Source: Eukaryota sp. TZLM1-RC | Taxonomy: Eukaryota; Protista; Metamonada: BaSk clade | DNA: 64,000 nucleotides | Direction of reading: 5' to 3' | Assembly: GCA_040285825.1 (NCBI GenBank) | Contig: JAUPSS010000002.1 | Coordinates: 2,418,001 to 2,482,000 of the forward strand | Shown here: piece by piece, positions 63,298 through 64,000 of the stretch | How positions within the stretch are numbered: the stretch's first letter is position 1 | Layout of the letters: each line of letters begins with the position of its first letter | Notes under the pieces: model-generated | What the model was told of the DNA's origin: nothing | Database searches by the model: none | The model's input: only the letters and a program-made list of their open reading frames with translations | Position numbers and translations under genes: made by a program

Positions 63298-64000
63298 CAG
63301 ATGATTTTGAAAACTTTGTTTATGGTGAAGGAGATTATAGATTATCGACCACCTTTGAACAACAAAAGTTGAACAAAACATTGAGTTATGTAGACCATTT
63401 GAGATATAGGCCTGAGTTTTTTCCACAATTTCCAACTGATGGCTTCAGTAGACCACCTCAGTATATGGCCCCAGTAATGTTTGCCAATTTTGAGAATAAT
63501 TTGAAACTAAATTATGAAAAACATATTAATCGATTTATTAATGTTTACTTTGACAAACCAGATGTGGAAAATGTGTTAGCAGAAATGCACAACTGGGTGG
63601 GTACTCAACGCCATTATCTACCATTATGTCACTATATAGATTTAGGCTTCGTCAATTCAAAAACTTGTTTTTAGTTGATGACAGAGATTGCTTGAGTTTT
63701 TTGTTTCATCATCCTGAAAATATTTCAGACCTTCTGAATGATGAATTTTTCGATTTATGTGAACAACATGATATAAGAAATAATGAACTTAGAGACATAT
63801 TTGAAGGTCTTATTGAGCCTTTTACTTGTCAAATTGAGAATTTGGTCACTGACGAGAATTTAGTTGATAACATATTTCCAGTGGATATACATTTTCTTGC
63901 AGACGCTGTTGAAAAAGATCCTCAAATATTCCTAACACCAGCAATTACAATTGTCCATTATATCTCCAGTAGAGAGAAAAAACCTTATCATATTTCTCCT

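Larger units (their letters stand above)
60733..64000 (+). pseudogene. Cys-rich repeats + 2A-like motif + PolB-type 3'-5' exonuclease + Fanzor1 fusion gene, interrupted by a retrotransposon and cut by the window end
   Basis: One frame 60733-62913 holds DLTMDGDVEANSGH (61519-61560), ExoI FDLKT (61855), ExoII HNLMQFYL (62224), ExoIII YGLHD (62557), then Fanzor1-type YNTIRATVNSMVKH...HIHTTCCLKLYL...PRI (from 62632); resumes at ~63300 with QYMAPVMFANFENNLKLNYEKHINRFIN and, after a frameshift near 63670, DAVEKDPQIFL...KKPYHISP. Confidence 0.7.

Overview
AT-rich, gene-dense, intron-poor eukaryotic (protist-like; a metamonad is plausible but is only an inference) DNA, heavily littered with transposons. 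Host genes: one giant (~10,800 aa) secreted/membrane beta-strand-repeat surface protein with a 29-nt intron and a probable homopolymer frameshift error, an F-box/LRR protein, a DENN protein, ELF1, an AMPK-gamma/SNF4-like CBS protein, a SMARCD/BAF60-like SWIB protein, tRNA-Arg(ACG) and tRNA-Gly(TCC). Mobile DNA: an intact MULE with a 9-bp TSD, a deleted MULE derivative, a TA-flanked pogo/Tc1-like element with cargo, about ten decayed CRE-like RT/RLE non-LTR fragments, and three Fanzor1 (eukaryotic TnpB-like RNA-guided nuclease) loci. Most notable: (i) at 60733-64000+ a Fanzor1 N-terminal half is fused in frame downstream of Cys-rich repeats, a 2A-like ribosome-skipping motif and a family-B polymerase-type 3'-5' exonuclease domain; (ii) two other Fanzor1 remnants share a 43/44-identical 3' end that stops 4-5 nt before the ATG of host genes (DENN, ELF1). 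All family calls come from motif recognition by eye; no database searches were run.
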